From: Occultella glacieicola
GTDB taxonomy: Bacteria > Actinomycetota > Actinomycetes > Actinomycetales > Beutenbergiaceae
Direction of reading: 5' to 3'
Length of the DNA: 64,000 bases
Assembly: GCF_004353825.1 (NCBI RefSeq)
Contig: NZ_SMNA01000005.1
Span: forward strand, 62,001-126,000
Made by a program: the position numbers and the translations under genes. The notes under the pieces are model-generated. The model did not search any database and was not told the origin of the DNA. It was given only the letters and a program-made list of their open reading frames with translations. The stretch's first letter is position 1; each line of letters opens with the position of its first letter. Of this stretch, positions 19,779-28,779 are shown piece after piece.

Positions 19779-21515
19779 TCAACCGAAGTTCGCCTCGAGC
19801 CACGCGGTCCAGCCCTCTGCGGTCAGGTCGGTGTCAGCGATCTCCATGGCGGTCCGGGGCAGGGACTCCCCGGTCTCGAGCGCCGTGTCGGAGAGGTCGA
19901 ACACGTCGATGCCGAGCGACTCCGCGTACGCATACATGCTGCCGCTGAGCGAATAGGCACAGCCGACGTCCTCGACGTCCTCGAAGTCCCGTTCGGACGG
20001 GAACGAACCGTCGAGGTCCTCCACGCAGTCCCTCAGCACGCGCCCCGTGTAGCTCAGCCGGGTGGCGTAGGTGCCGTGCCCCTGGAAGAGCGACTCGTTG
20101 TACGTGGCCCAGCCCTCGGTCACCGGGGACCCGGCGTACGCCGCCTCGGGGACGTTCACCTCGTGGATCGCGTGGATGAACTCGTGCGTGATCGTGTCCT
20201 GCGTGTCCGAGATGCCGTACGCCAGGCCGTTCGGGCCGACCGTGACGACGCCGCCCGCGGTGGTGTTCCAGCCGCCGGTGGCGATGTCCTCACCGATCCC
20301 GGGCCCCGGGAACGGACGCGACTGCGGGAACAGCGTGCCCGCCCGGTCCCCGGTCCAGCCGTCCAACTCGTCCGGGTTGATGAACCAGCTGTTGAAGGTG
20401 TCCATGTCCTCGCTGTAGAAGGAGAGGAAGCGCTGGGCGTTCGCCACACCGGTCTCGGTCTCGTACCGCTCGACGACCCACTGGGCGCTCTCCTCGGCGG
20501 GTTCCGCCACGGAATCGATCAGTGCGACCTCGTCGACGTAGCCGGCAACGACGGAATGCTCGGTGATCACCGCGTACAGCGGTTCGAGGTCCCACGGCGC
20601 CGGGTCCTCCTCGACCTCCCAGCCGGTGATCATCCCGCTCGCGCCGTCGTCGCTGACGGCGATCGTGGCGCGGTAGCCGTTCACCGGGGCGTACTCCCGG
20701 CCGGCATCCGGGTGGTCGGAATCGGCCGGGATCGCAGGGGAGCCGGCGGTCACGGCGCCGAGCTGGACACTCTGCACGGCCGTGTTGTCCCGGTAGCTGG
20801 AGTTCTGCAGGCCCTGCATCGAGAACACACCCCGGCTCCAGCCGAGGACGCCCATGTTGTCCCACCACAGCGACAGCGGCTCGACCGCGTCACCGCTGAC
20901 GTAGCGGAAGAAGGCGTCCCGGTCCCGGGCCGCGAGCGCCGCGTTGAGCTGCTCGCTCAGGTGGGTTCCGGTGAACCGGCCGTCGGCGTTCGTGTTCGGG
21001 CGTCCATACCCGTCGTCGGTGGGCATCTCGGCGGTGCCGGGGCCCGCCGTCGGCTCGGCGTTCCGGTCCTGGAGGTAGGCCAGTGAGGCCAGCACCACGA
21101 GCGCGACGACCAGGACGGCACCGAGGGCCATCACCCACCCGGGCGGCGGCCCGCCCCGCCGACGCGGGGGCGGTGGTGCCTGCGGTGGGAACCGGGGCGC
21201 AGGGTAGGCGGGCATCTCCCGGTACCGGTACCCGTAGGGCGGCATCTGCACCGGTGCCGGCGGAGCCGGCCGGGTCCCGCCCGGCGGTGACCAGCCACCG
21301 CTGGCCGCCGACGGGAGGGAACCGACCGGCTCGGCGACACGCCCGGCCGGCTCGGGGAAGTGGACGCCCGAACGCGGCGCCTGCGGGCCTTGGGCGTAGG
21401 GGCTCGGCGGCCACGCCTGCGGGTACACCGACGGTGCGGGATCCACGGTCGGCCCCGGGCTCCCGACACTGCCCGGACCGCCCGGACCGGCGGAGGACGG
21501 CGCTTCGTGACTCAT
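19779..21515 (-). CDS. Membrane-anchored putative zinc metallopeptidase with Pro-rich N-terminus
   Basis: Pro-rich N-terminus, one TM, acidic extracellular domain with THEFIH and TEGWATY. Confidence 0.6.
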   Translation of the reverse strand: MSHEAPSSAGPGGPGSVGSPGPTVDPAPSVYPQAWPPSPYAQGPQAPRSGVHFPEPAGRVAEPVGSLPSAASGGWSPPGGTRPAPPAPVQMPPYGYRYREMPAYPAPRFPPQAPPPPRRRGGPPPGWVMALGAVLVVALVVLASLAYLQDRNAEPTAGPGTAEMPTDDGYGRPNTNADGRFTGTHLSEQLNAALAARDRDAFFRYVSGDAVEPLSLWWDNMGVLGWSRGVFSMQGLQNSSYRDNTAVQSVQLGAVTAGSPAIPADSDHPDAGREYAPVNGYRATIAVSDDGASGMITGWEVEEDPAPWDLEPLYAVITEHSVVAGYVDEVALIDSVAEPAEESAQWVVERYETETGVANAQRFLSFYSEDMDTFNSWFINPDELDGWTGDRAGTLFPQSRPFPGPGIGEDIATGGWNTTAGGVVTVGPNGLAYGISDTQDTITHEFIHAIHEVNVPEAAYAGSPVTEGWATYNESLFQGHGTYATRLSYTGRVLRDCVEDLDGSFPSERDFEDVEDVGCAYSLSGSMYAYAESLGIDVFDLSDTALETGESLPRTAMEIADTDLTAEGWTAWLEANFG

Positions 21516-21658
21516 CGCGTCCCCTCTCGGTTCCCGGCTCGCGCACGGCTCTGATCGACCGCGGTCAGCCTATCGTGGGGGCTGCGGCGGACCGCCGACG
21601 ATGGCGACTTCGGGCATCGGCCGAACTATCCATTGGCCTCGCGATGGCCACCGGTAGG

Positions 21659-21664
21659 TATAAT
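21659..21664 (+). promoter_or_regulatory. Consensus -10 for greA
   Basis: TATAAT about 120 nt upstream of the greA GTG. Confidence 0.6.
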
Positions 21665-21785
21665 CGACCTTTTCCACCGCCCCGGTGCGGTCCGCAACGG
21701 TATCCAGCCCGGGCAATGGAGACTCGCCCGCTTGTGACCGATCGCGGTCACGCTCTGGGGCTCGACTGTAGATGAAGGAGGAACC

Positions 21786-22265
21786 GTGTCCGAAACCACG
21801 TGGCTGACGCAGGACAGTTACGACCGTCTCAAGGCCGAATACGACCACCTCGTGGGCGAGGGACGGACCGAGATCGCCGACAAGATCGAATCGGCTCGCG
21901 AGGAGGGCGACCTCAAGGAGAACGGTGGCTACCACGCCGCTCGCGAGGAGCAGGCGAAGCAGGAGGCCCGGATCCGCCAGCTCGACGAGCTGCTGCGCGG
22001 CGCCCAGGTCGGGGAGCCCCCGGCCGACGACGGCATCGTCGAGCCCGGCATGGTGGTCACGGCCACGGTCGGCGGCGAGAAGATGACCTTCCTCCTCGGT
22101 TCCCGCGAGGTCGCCGGCGACACCGATCTGGATGTCTACTCGGCCAGCTCGCCGCTCGGCAGCGCGATCCTCGGCCACAAGACCGGGGAGACCGTCGAGT
22201 ACAAGACCCCGAACGGCGCGACCGTCAAGGTGAAGATCACCAAGGCCAAGCCCTTCGCCGGCTGA
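21786..22265 (+). CDS. greA: Transcription elongation factor GreA
   Basis: AREEGDLKENGGYHAA, SPLGSAILG; AAGGAGG RBS. Confidence 0.97.
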   Translation: MSETTWLTQDSYDRLKAEYDHLVGEGRTEIADKIESAREEGDLKENGGYHAAREEQAKQEARIRQLDELLRGAQVGEPPADDGIVEPGMVVTATVGGEKMTFLLGSREVAGDTDLDVYSASSPLGSAILGHKTGETVEYKTPNGATVKVKITKAKPFAG

Positions 22266-22295
22266 TCCGCCACCGGGTCCGACCCGATCACGCCC

Positions 22296-22329
22296 GCTGC
22301 CCGCCAGACCATCCGGTCCGGCGGGCAGC
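22296..22329. terminator. Hairpin between convergent greA and ilvA
   Basis: GCTGCCCGCC...GGCGGGCAGC stem. Confidence 0.6.
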
Positions 22330-22359
22330 CGCGTTGTGCGGCCGCTGCCGGGTCCGGCG

Positions 22360-23568
22360 TCAGCCCTGCCGCACCCGGTAGCCGCGCTCGGTGAGCTCGC
22401 GCACCACATCGGTGCAGTGCTCGGGACCCTTGGTCTCACACTCGACGGCGATGTCCACCTCGTCGACCGCGAGGCCGGCCGCGGTGCGCACGTGCGCCAC
22501 GTCCAGGACGTTCGCGCCGAGGCCGGCCAGTTCCCGCAGGAGCCCGGCGAGGTGGCCCGGGGTGTCCTGGACCCGCACGTGGACCTGCAGGTACCTGCCG
22601 GCGGCCACCATGCCGTGCTGGAGCACCTTCATCAGGACCAGCGGGTCGATGTTGCCTCCGGAGAGGATCACGACGATCGGTCCCTCATGCGCGCCGGGCC
22701 GGGCCAGCAGGTCCGCGACGCCGGCCGCCCCGGACGGTTCCACCACGAGCTTGGCACGTTCGGCGAGCAGCAGCATCGCCCGGTTCAGGTCCTCCTCGCT
22801 GACCAGGTCGACCTGCCGCACCTCGCGGCGGACGATCTCGAGCGGGATCCGCCCGGGCTCGCCGATCGCGATCCCGTCCGCCATCGTCTTCATCGTGGCG
22901 AGCGCGACCGGGTGGCCGGCGCTGATGGAGCCCGGATACGCGGCCGCCCCCTCGGCCTGGACCCCCACCACTTCAATGTCGGTGCCGAGGACCCCGTGCA
23001 GGGCGGTCGCGACGCCGGCGAGCAGCCCGCCGCCGCCGGTGGGTACCAGCACGGTGCGCACCGACGGGACCTGCTCGGCGATCTCCAGGGCGATCGTGGC
23101 CTGACCGGTCACGATGTCTTCGTGATCGAACGGGTGGATGACCTCTCGGCCGGTCCGACCGGCCTCCGCCAGGGCTTCGACGAGCGCCTCCCCCACGGTG
23201 GCGCCGTGCAGGCGTACCTCGGCGCCGTAGCCGCGGGTCGCGGCGAGTTTCGGCAACGCCGCCCCGACGGGCATGTAGATCGTGGCCGGGATCCCGAGCA
23301 GGCGTGCGGCGAGGGCGACGCCCTGGGCGTGGTTGCCCGCGCTGGCCGCGAGCACCCCGGCGGCCTTCTGGTCCGGAGCCAGCCTGCTCATGCGGGTGTA
23401 GGCGCCTCGGATCTTGAAGGACCCACCGGTCTGCAGGTTCTCGCACTTCAACCAGACCTCGGTGCCCGCGATCGCGCTCAGCGCCCCGCTGTACTGGACC
23501 GGCGTCCGCTGGATCACCCCCTCGAGCTCGGCCGCGGCCCCGCGGATCCGCTCGAGGTCGACCGTCAC
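22360..23568 (-). CDS. ilvA: Threonine ammonia-lyase with C-terminal ACT domain
   Basis: KCENLQTGGSFKIRGA (PLP Lys), SAGNHAQG, GGGGL, SGGNID. Confidence 0.93.
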   Translation of the reverse strand: MTVDLERIRGAAAELEGVIQRTPVQYSGALSAIAGTEVWLKCENLQTGGSFKIRGAYTRMSRLAPDQKAAGVLAASAGNHAQGVALAARLLGIPATIYMPVGAALPKLAATRGYGAEVRLHGATVGEALVEALAEAGRTGREVIHPFDHEDIVTGQATIALEIAEQVPSVRTVLVPTGGGGLLAGVATALHGVLGTDIEVVGVQAEGAAAYPGSISAGHPVALATMKTMADGIAIGEPGRIPLEIVRREVRQVDLVSEEDLNRAMLLLAERAKLVVEPSGAAGVADLLARPGAHEGPIVVILSGGNIDPLVLMKVLQHGMVAAGRYLQVHVRVQDTPGHLAGLLRELAGLGANVLDVAHVRTAAGLAVDEVDIAVECETKGPEHCTDVVRELTERGYRVRQG

Positions 23569-23578
23569 CTGCCGCTCC

Positions 23579-24808
23579 TCATGTCGTCGCCGGCTCCTTG
23601 AGGAGGGCCGGATCGTCACGGGTCGGATGGTAGAGGAAGTTCATCACCGCGTTCACGACGGCGACGACCGGCACCGCGAAGAGTGCCCCGACGATCCCGC
23701 CGATCAGGGTGCCGGTCGCGACGGCGAGCAGCACCGCCACGGGGTGCAGCTTCAGGGCCCGGCTCATCAGCATCGGCTGGAACAGGTGGCTCTCGAGCTG
23801 CTGCACACCGAGCACGACGGCCAACATGATCAGGGCCCGGAACGGTCCCTGGTCCACGAGCGCGACCGCCACCGCGACGGCGCCGGTGAGCACCGCGCCG
23901 ACGATCGGGATGAACGAACCGAGGAAGACCAGCACCCCGAGAGGCAGGGCGAGCGGCACGCCGAGGAGCCAGGCACCCAGCCCGATGCCGACGCCGTCGA
24001 TGAACGCCACCACGATCTGGGTGCGTGCGTACACGCTCAGGCTGACCCAGCCCCGGATCCCGGCCCCGGAGACCCGGTCGCGGGCGACCCGCGGGAAGAG
24101 GCGCACGATCCAGCCCCAGATCGTCTCGCCCTCCTTCAGGAAGAAGAACAGGCAGAACATGGCGATCAGCGCCCCGGCGAGCACGTGCCCCACGGACGTG
24201 GTCACCGACACGGCGCCGGAGAGGATCGAGTCGATGTTCGAGGACAGCTGGTCCTGGAGCGTGGCGAGGTAGGAGTTGATGGTCTCCTCACTGAGACCGA
24301 GCGGCCCGGAACTCAGCCAGGCGATCCCGGTCTCGATCCCGTCCCAGGCGGTCTCGGCGAGGTCGGAGAACCCCCGCACGAGCGAGGTGCCGGCGAGCGT
24401 CAGCAGCCCTCCCAGCACCAGCACCACGAGCAGCAACGTCCCGACGACGGCCAGGACCCGCGGCAGCCCGACCCGCCGGTGCAGCCAGTTCGTCACCGGG
24501 GACAGCAGCGACGTCAGCAGGGCGGCCACCAACACCGGGATCACCACGGTCTTGACCTGGACCAGGGCGAAGGCGACCAGGGCGACCGCGGCCACGATGA
24601 CGATCAGGCGCCAGGACCAGGCGGCCGTCGCGGTCACCGCCGGCGGTACCGGACCGGTGTAGTTCTTCGTCACCGGCTTCCTCACGTCGGCCGGAGTGTC
24701 CCCGGCCGGGTCGTTCGACCCAGCGCCGTCGCCCGGCACCGCCGGGACGGATTCGGAGCCGTGCTCGACCGCAGGCTCGTCAGCAGCGCTGCGCTCATCG
24801 TTCGACAT
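23579..24808 (-). CDS. AI-2E family transporter
   Basis: Multi-TM; FIPIVGA, VQQLESHLFQP, LHPVAVLLAV..G. Confidence 0.9.
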   Translation of the reverse strand: MSNDERSAADEPAVEHGSESVPAVPGDGAGSNDPAGDTPADVRKPVTKNYTGPVPPAVTATAAWSWRLIVIVAAVALVAFALVQVKTVVIPVLVAALLTSLLSPVTNWLHRRVGLPRVLAVVGTLLLVVLVLGGLLTLAGTSLVRGFSDLAETAWDGIETGIAWLSSGPLGLSEETINSYLATLQDQLSSNIDSILSGAVSVTTSVGHVLAGALIAMFCLFFFLKEGETIWGWIVRLFPRVARDRVSGAGIRGWVSLSVYARTQIVVAFIDGVGIGLGAWLLGVPLALPLGVLVFLGSFIPIVGAVLTGAVAVAVALVDQGPFRALIMLAVVLGVQQLESHLFQPMLMSRALKLHPVAVLLAVATGTLIGGIVGALFAVPVVAVVNAVMNFLYHPTRDDPALLKEPATT

Positions 24809-24946
24809 GGTGTCCCTCCTGCGTTCCGGCCCTCAGACTACGGCCCGCGCAGCCGCACCGCCGACGTGCCGAAGCGCCGGTCACCGGGTGGGGGTACGGA
24901 CTACTCTGACGCCAACACTCGTCGACGAGGAAAGGCCCGGCCCCAC

Positions 24947-25924
24947 GTGGCAGACTCCGCCCACTCCGACAGGGTGCTGAGGTTCGCCTCCGCGCCATCC
25001 CTCGAGGCCCTTCCGGAGGCGATCGACGTCGACGCCGGGACGCCCCCGAACCCGCCCCAGGAGATCCAGCAGAAGTTCGTAGGGCTCTCCTACGAGGCCG
25101 CCTACAGCGAGGCCGAGACGTTCGTGAAGGTCGTCGACGAGATGGCCGTCAAGCACACCGGTTCCGGTGTCGGTGACGCGACGCGCATCATCGACTTCGG
25201 GTCCGGCTGGGGCCGGATCTCCCGGTTCCTGCTGGGCCGGAGCGCGCCGACCCACATCCACGCCCTCGACGTGGACCCGGAGATGACGACGCTGGTCAAT
25301 GTCACCCTGCCCGGGGTCAATGCCATGACCGTGGACCCCTTCCCGCCCACCGTGCTCGGTCGCGGGGCGTTCGACCTCGCGGTGGCCTTCAGCGTCTTCT
25401 CGCACCTGTCCGGGCCGGCGCACGAGGCGTGGGCGCTGGAGTTCGCGCGGCTGGTGCGGCCCGGCGGAGTCGCGGCGATCACGGTCCTGGACGGGGCGTT
25501 CATGGGCCAGGTGGCCGGTGCCCGGGCCGCCGTGGAGGCCGGCGAGGCGGACGAGTTCGCGACGTCGCTCGCGACGACGTTCGAGGACGTCGACGCGGCC
25601 CGCGCCGGCTTCGAACGGGGCGAGATCCAATACGCCGGCAGCGGTGGCGGCGAGGTGCGCACGGGCGACTACTACGGCTGGGCCGCGGCGCCTCCCGCGT
25701 ACGTCGAGCGGGTCTGGGGCGGCGCCGGCTTCCGGATCGTAGAGTGGGTGCCCGCGAACGTGCTGTTCCCGCAGGCCCTGGTCATCCTCGTCCGCGGCGA
25801 GGACTCGGGCGCGGAGCCGCGGCCGGTCACCGACCACGCGGCGGCGGCCCCGGTGGTGTCGCTGCCGCACCGGCTCCGCTCCCGGGCCGGTCGCCTGCTG
25901 CGCCGGGTGGGCCTGCGGAAGTAG
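24947..25924 (+). CDS. Class I SAM-dependent methyltransferase
   Basis: IIDFGSGWGRISR, ALDVD, FDLAVAFSVFSHL, LVRPGG; GTG start after GAGGAAAGG. Confidence 0.85.
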   Translation: MADSAHSDRVLRFASAPSLEALPEAIDVDAGTPPNPPQEIQQKFVGLSYEAAYSEAETFVKVVDEMAVKHTGSGVGDATRIIDFGSGWGRISRFLLGRSAPTHIHALDVDPEMTTLVNVTLPGVNAMTVDPFPPTVLGRGAFDLAVAFSVFSHLSGPAHEAWALEFARLVRPGGVAAITVLDGAFMGQVAGARAAVEAGEADEFATSLATTFEDVDAARAGFERGEIQYAGSGGGEVRTGDYYGWAAAPPAYVERVWGGAGFRIVEWVPANVLFPQALVILVRGEDSGAEPRPVTDHAAAAPVVSLPHRLRSRAGRLLRRVGLRK

Positions 25925-25946
25925 GCCGGAGGTAGGCACAGGACGT

Positions 25947-25991
25947 CGAACGGGCCCGTCCGGACCATCGAGGTCCGGGCGGGCCCGTTCG
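25947..25991. terminator. Long hairpin between convergent genes
   Basis: CGAACGGGCCCGTCCGGACC-atcga-GGTCCGGGCGGGCCCGTTCG. Confidence 0.75.
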
Positions 25992-26005
25992 CTGCCCCGG
26001 GGGCG

Positions 26006-26413
26006 TCAGGAGGCGCCGAGGATGTCCACCACGAACACGAGCGTGTCGGTGCCCTTGATGCCCGCGCGGGGCATCCCGTTCGGGCCGTAGCCGTCGTGCG
26101 GGGGGATCGAGACGAGCACGCGGGAGCCGATGGGCTGGCCGACGAGGGAGTTGTCCCACCCGGCGATGACCGCGCCGACGCCGATCGGGAACTGGATGGA
26201 GGACCCGCGGTCGTAGGAGTTGTCGAAGATGCCGCCGCCCCAGATCTGGCCGAGGTAGTTGACGTCGATCGTCTGGCCGGCCTCCACGAGCGGGCCGTCG
26301 CCCGGGCTGAGTACCTGGACGGCGAGCTCGGCGGGTGCGGCGTTCTCGGGAAAGCTCAGCGCCGGCTTGTCACCGAACGAGCCGGTGGCCGTGGGCAGGG
26401 TGGCGTCAGTCAT
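26006..26413 (-). CDS. FKBP-type peptidyl-prolyl cis-trans isomerase
   Basis: VNYLG, FDNSYDRG, VIAGW, IPPHDGYG, TLVFVVD. Confidence 0.93.
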   Translation of the reverse strand: MTDATLPTATGSFGDKPALSFPENAAPAELAVQVLSPGDGPLVEAGQTIDVNYLGQIWGGGIFDNSYDRGSSIQFPIGVGAVIAGWDNSLVGQPIGSRVLVSIPPHDGYGPNGMPRAGIKGTDTLVFVVDILGAS

Positions 26414-26494
26414 GGATCCTCTTTCGCAGTTTCGGTGTCGATGATCGAGATCAGCCTAAACGCCCGACGGCGCAGGTCGCCTGGGCGGGTGGCC

Positions 26495-27484
26495 TCATCC
26501 GAGGAGGCCGGAGAGCCAGCGCAGCTGGCGCTGCACCTGGTAGCCGCCGCCACCTTCGTGTCCGTTGTAGGGGTAGACCTCGATCTGCTTGTCGACGACC
26601 GAGCCCGCCGGGGCCAGGGCACCGTAGGCGTGGTAGGCGGCATAGACGGTCGACGGCGGACACACCTGGTCCATCAGCGCCACCGAGTACAGGGCGGGCG
26701 CCTGGGCCCGCTTCGCGAGGTTCACGCCGTCGAAGTAGGACAGGGTCTCCCAGACCCGGTCGGCCGACGTCCGGTGCACGGCGAGGTAGGCGGTGAGCTC
26801 GGCATAGGGCGTCGACCCCGTGATCTCGACGGCGCGGCGGAAGTGTTGCAGGAACGGCACGTCGATGAGCGCACCGGCGACGTCCGGGACCAGGGCCGCG
26901 GCCGCCGTCGCGATGCCCCCACCCTGGCTGCCACCGGAGACCACGACTCGAGCCGGGTCGACGCCGGGCAGGGTGCGGGCCGCATCGACGGCGCGGGCGG
27001 CGTCGGTGAACAGGCGCCGGTAGTAGTAGTCCGCCGGGTCACCGATGCCGCGGGTGAGGAACCCCGGGGTCGCCGGGCCACTGCCGACCGGGTCCGGGGT
27101 CTGGCCGCCGTCGCCGCGGTACCCCTGCCCACGGGTGTCCATCCGCAGGTACGCGTACCCGGCGGCCGGGAACAGGGACACCTCGTGGGCCAGGCCCCGC
27201 CCGCCGCTGTAGCCGAGGTAGTTCACGATGACGGGCAGGTCCTGCGCGACCCCTGCCGGCCGGGCGTACCAGGCCTTGATCGGGTGGCCGCCGAAACCCG
27301 GGAAGGTCACGTCGAAGACCTCGACGTGCCGCAGCCCGGAGTCCACCGGCGCCACCTCGACGGTCGCCGTGCTGGTGCGGGCCTGGGCCAGCGTGCCCGC
27401 CCAGAACTCGTCGAGATCCGCCGGTTCGGCGATCTCGGGACGGTAGTCGGCAAGCTGCGCGAGTGGCAGGTCGAAGAGCGGCAT
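26495..27484 (-). CDS. Acetyl xylan esterase / cephalosporin-C deacetylase (CE7)
   Basis: DTRGQG, GGSQGGG nucleophile, DQVCPPST, YNGHEGG; TACGGT -10 six nt before ATG. Confidence 0.92.
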   Translation of the reverse strand: MPLFDLPLAQLADYRPEIAEPADLDEFWAGTLAQARTSTATVEVAPVDSGLRHVEVFDVTFPGFGGHPIKAWYARPAGVAQDLPVIVNYLGYSGGRGLAHEVSLFPAAGYAYLRMDTRGQGYRGDGGQTPDPVGSGPATPGFLTRGIGDPADYYYRRLFTDAARAVDAARTLPGVDPARVVVSGGSQGGGIATAAAALVPDVAGALIDVPFLQHFRRAVEITGSTPYAELTAYLAVHRTSADRVWETLSYFDGVNLAKRAQAPALYSVALMDQVCPPSTVYAAYHAYGALAPAGSVVDKQIEVYPYNGHEGGGGYQVQRQLRWLSGLLG

Positions 27485-27522
27485 GCGCTTACCGTAGTGG
27501 TGCCCGTCACGACCGCCGGAAC

Positions 27523-27565
27523 GCGAACGGCGCGCCTCCCCGAGCCGGGGTGACGCGCCGTTCGC
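27523..27565 (-). terminator. Hairpin downstream of the BI-1/YccA gene
   Basis: GCGAACGGCGCG...CGCGCCGTTCGC stem. Confidence 0.7.
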
Positions 27566-27579
27566 CGACCAGGTCCTGA

Positions 27580-28476
27580 TCAGTCGCCGCGCAGGATCGC
27601 GAGGATCCGCAGGAACTCCAGGTAGAGCCACACGAGCGTGATCGTGATCCCGAACGCCGCGGACCAGGCCATCTTCGCCGGGGCGCCGTTCTGGATGCCC
27701 TTGCTGATCGAGTCGAAGTCCCAGATCAGGTTCATGGCGGCCAGGACCACCGCGAACAGGCCGATGACCAGGCCGAGCGGGATCCCCATGATCTCCACGC
27801 TGCGCAGGCCGAAGCCGTCCATCCCGCCGAACCACATCAGGCCGAGGTTGACCAGGGAGAACACCAGGTAGGAGGCTCCGGCGATGAGCAGGAACCGGGT
27901 GAACTTCGGGGTGACCCGGACCTTGCCGCTCTTGAACAGGGCGAGGGTCACGGCGAACGTGACGAACGTGGCGAGGACCGCCTGCACCACGATGCCGGGC
28001 CACATGGTCTCGAAGACCCCGGAGATCATCCCGAGGAACGCGCCCTCGAAGGCCGCGTAGGCGATGATCAGCGCCGGGCTCGGCTCGCGCTTGAACGCGT
28101 TGACGAGCCCGAGGACGAACCCGCCGATGAGGCCGATGAACATGACCGGCATGCGCATCTCGACCGGAACCGCGAACCAGGCCGCGACGGCCACGCCGAT
28201 GACGACGGCGAGCACGCCCGCCGTCTTCACGATCACGTCGTCGTAGGTGAGCCGGCCGGTCTGTGCCGGGCCGGCATCCGGGCCGTAGTAGGACTGCTCG
28301 ATCCCCGCGAACTGCGGGTCGTAACCCTGGGTCGCCGTCGCACCGTACGGCTGCTGGCCGTAACCGTGCTGGCCCGGCTGACCCGGGTATCCGGCCTGGC
28401 CGTACGGGTTCACCGGTGGTTGGTTGGGCTTGCTCTTACCGAACTCCGCGGAGTTCGTGAAGAAGGGGTTTGCCAT
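27580..28476 (-). CDS. Bax inhibitor-1/YccA family membrane protein
   Basis: LTYDDVIVKT, YAAFEG, C-terminal TLVWLYLEFLRIL. Confidence 0.9.
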   Translation of the reverse strand: MANPFFTNSAEFGKSKPNQPPVNPYGQAGYPGQPGQHGYGQQPYGATATQGYDPQFAGIEQSYYGPDAGPAQTGRLTYDDVIVKTAGVLAVVIGVAVAAWFAVPVEMRMPVMFIGLIGGFVLGLVNAFKREPSPALIIAYAAFEGAFLGMISGVFETMWPGIVVQAVLATFVTFAVTLALFKSGKVRVTPKFTRFLLIAGASYLVFSLVNLGLMWFGGMDGFGLRSVEIMGIPLGLVIGLFAVVLAAMNLIWDFDSISKGIQNGAPAKMAWSAAFGITITLVWLYLEFLRILAILRGD

Positions 28477-28604
28477 GCCTTGCCTCCGAAGGTCGCGCCA
28501 CCCGGTCGTCGCCGCCGGCCGGCGTGCGTGGGCCGTCATCTCCCATCCTAGGGGCACACCACCGGCGGGACGGCGGGAGATCCGAAGATGGTTCCACGCT
28601 GTAG

Positions 28605-28630
28605 AACGCGCACAACCGCAGCGGTGTTCC
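28605..28630 (-). promoter_or_regulatory. ECF sigma (SigE/SigH-type) promoter for the BI-1/YccA gene
   Basis: Minus strand GGAAC-N17-CGTT. Confidence 0.65.
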
Positions 28631-28779
28631 CGGTCTCCACCGATCGGATGAGAGCCTCACCCGAGGGGCCGAGGCCGGAGGCCGACAAGATCCGTCTGGC
28701 GCAGGTGGGCAGGGCACCGGCGAGGTCCTAGCGTTGGTGCCAGCACCACACACGTCGACCTGGAAGCGAGGCTGGCCCG

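Noticed and set aside
23414..24946. N-terminal extensions in the ORF track (methyltransferase 836 aa, rmuC 852 aa, nadA 679 aa, kinase 711 aa) suggesting fusions
   Set aside because: Extensions overlap real genes in other frames or on the opposite strand; internal starts have RBS or -10 support.
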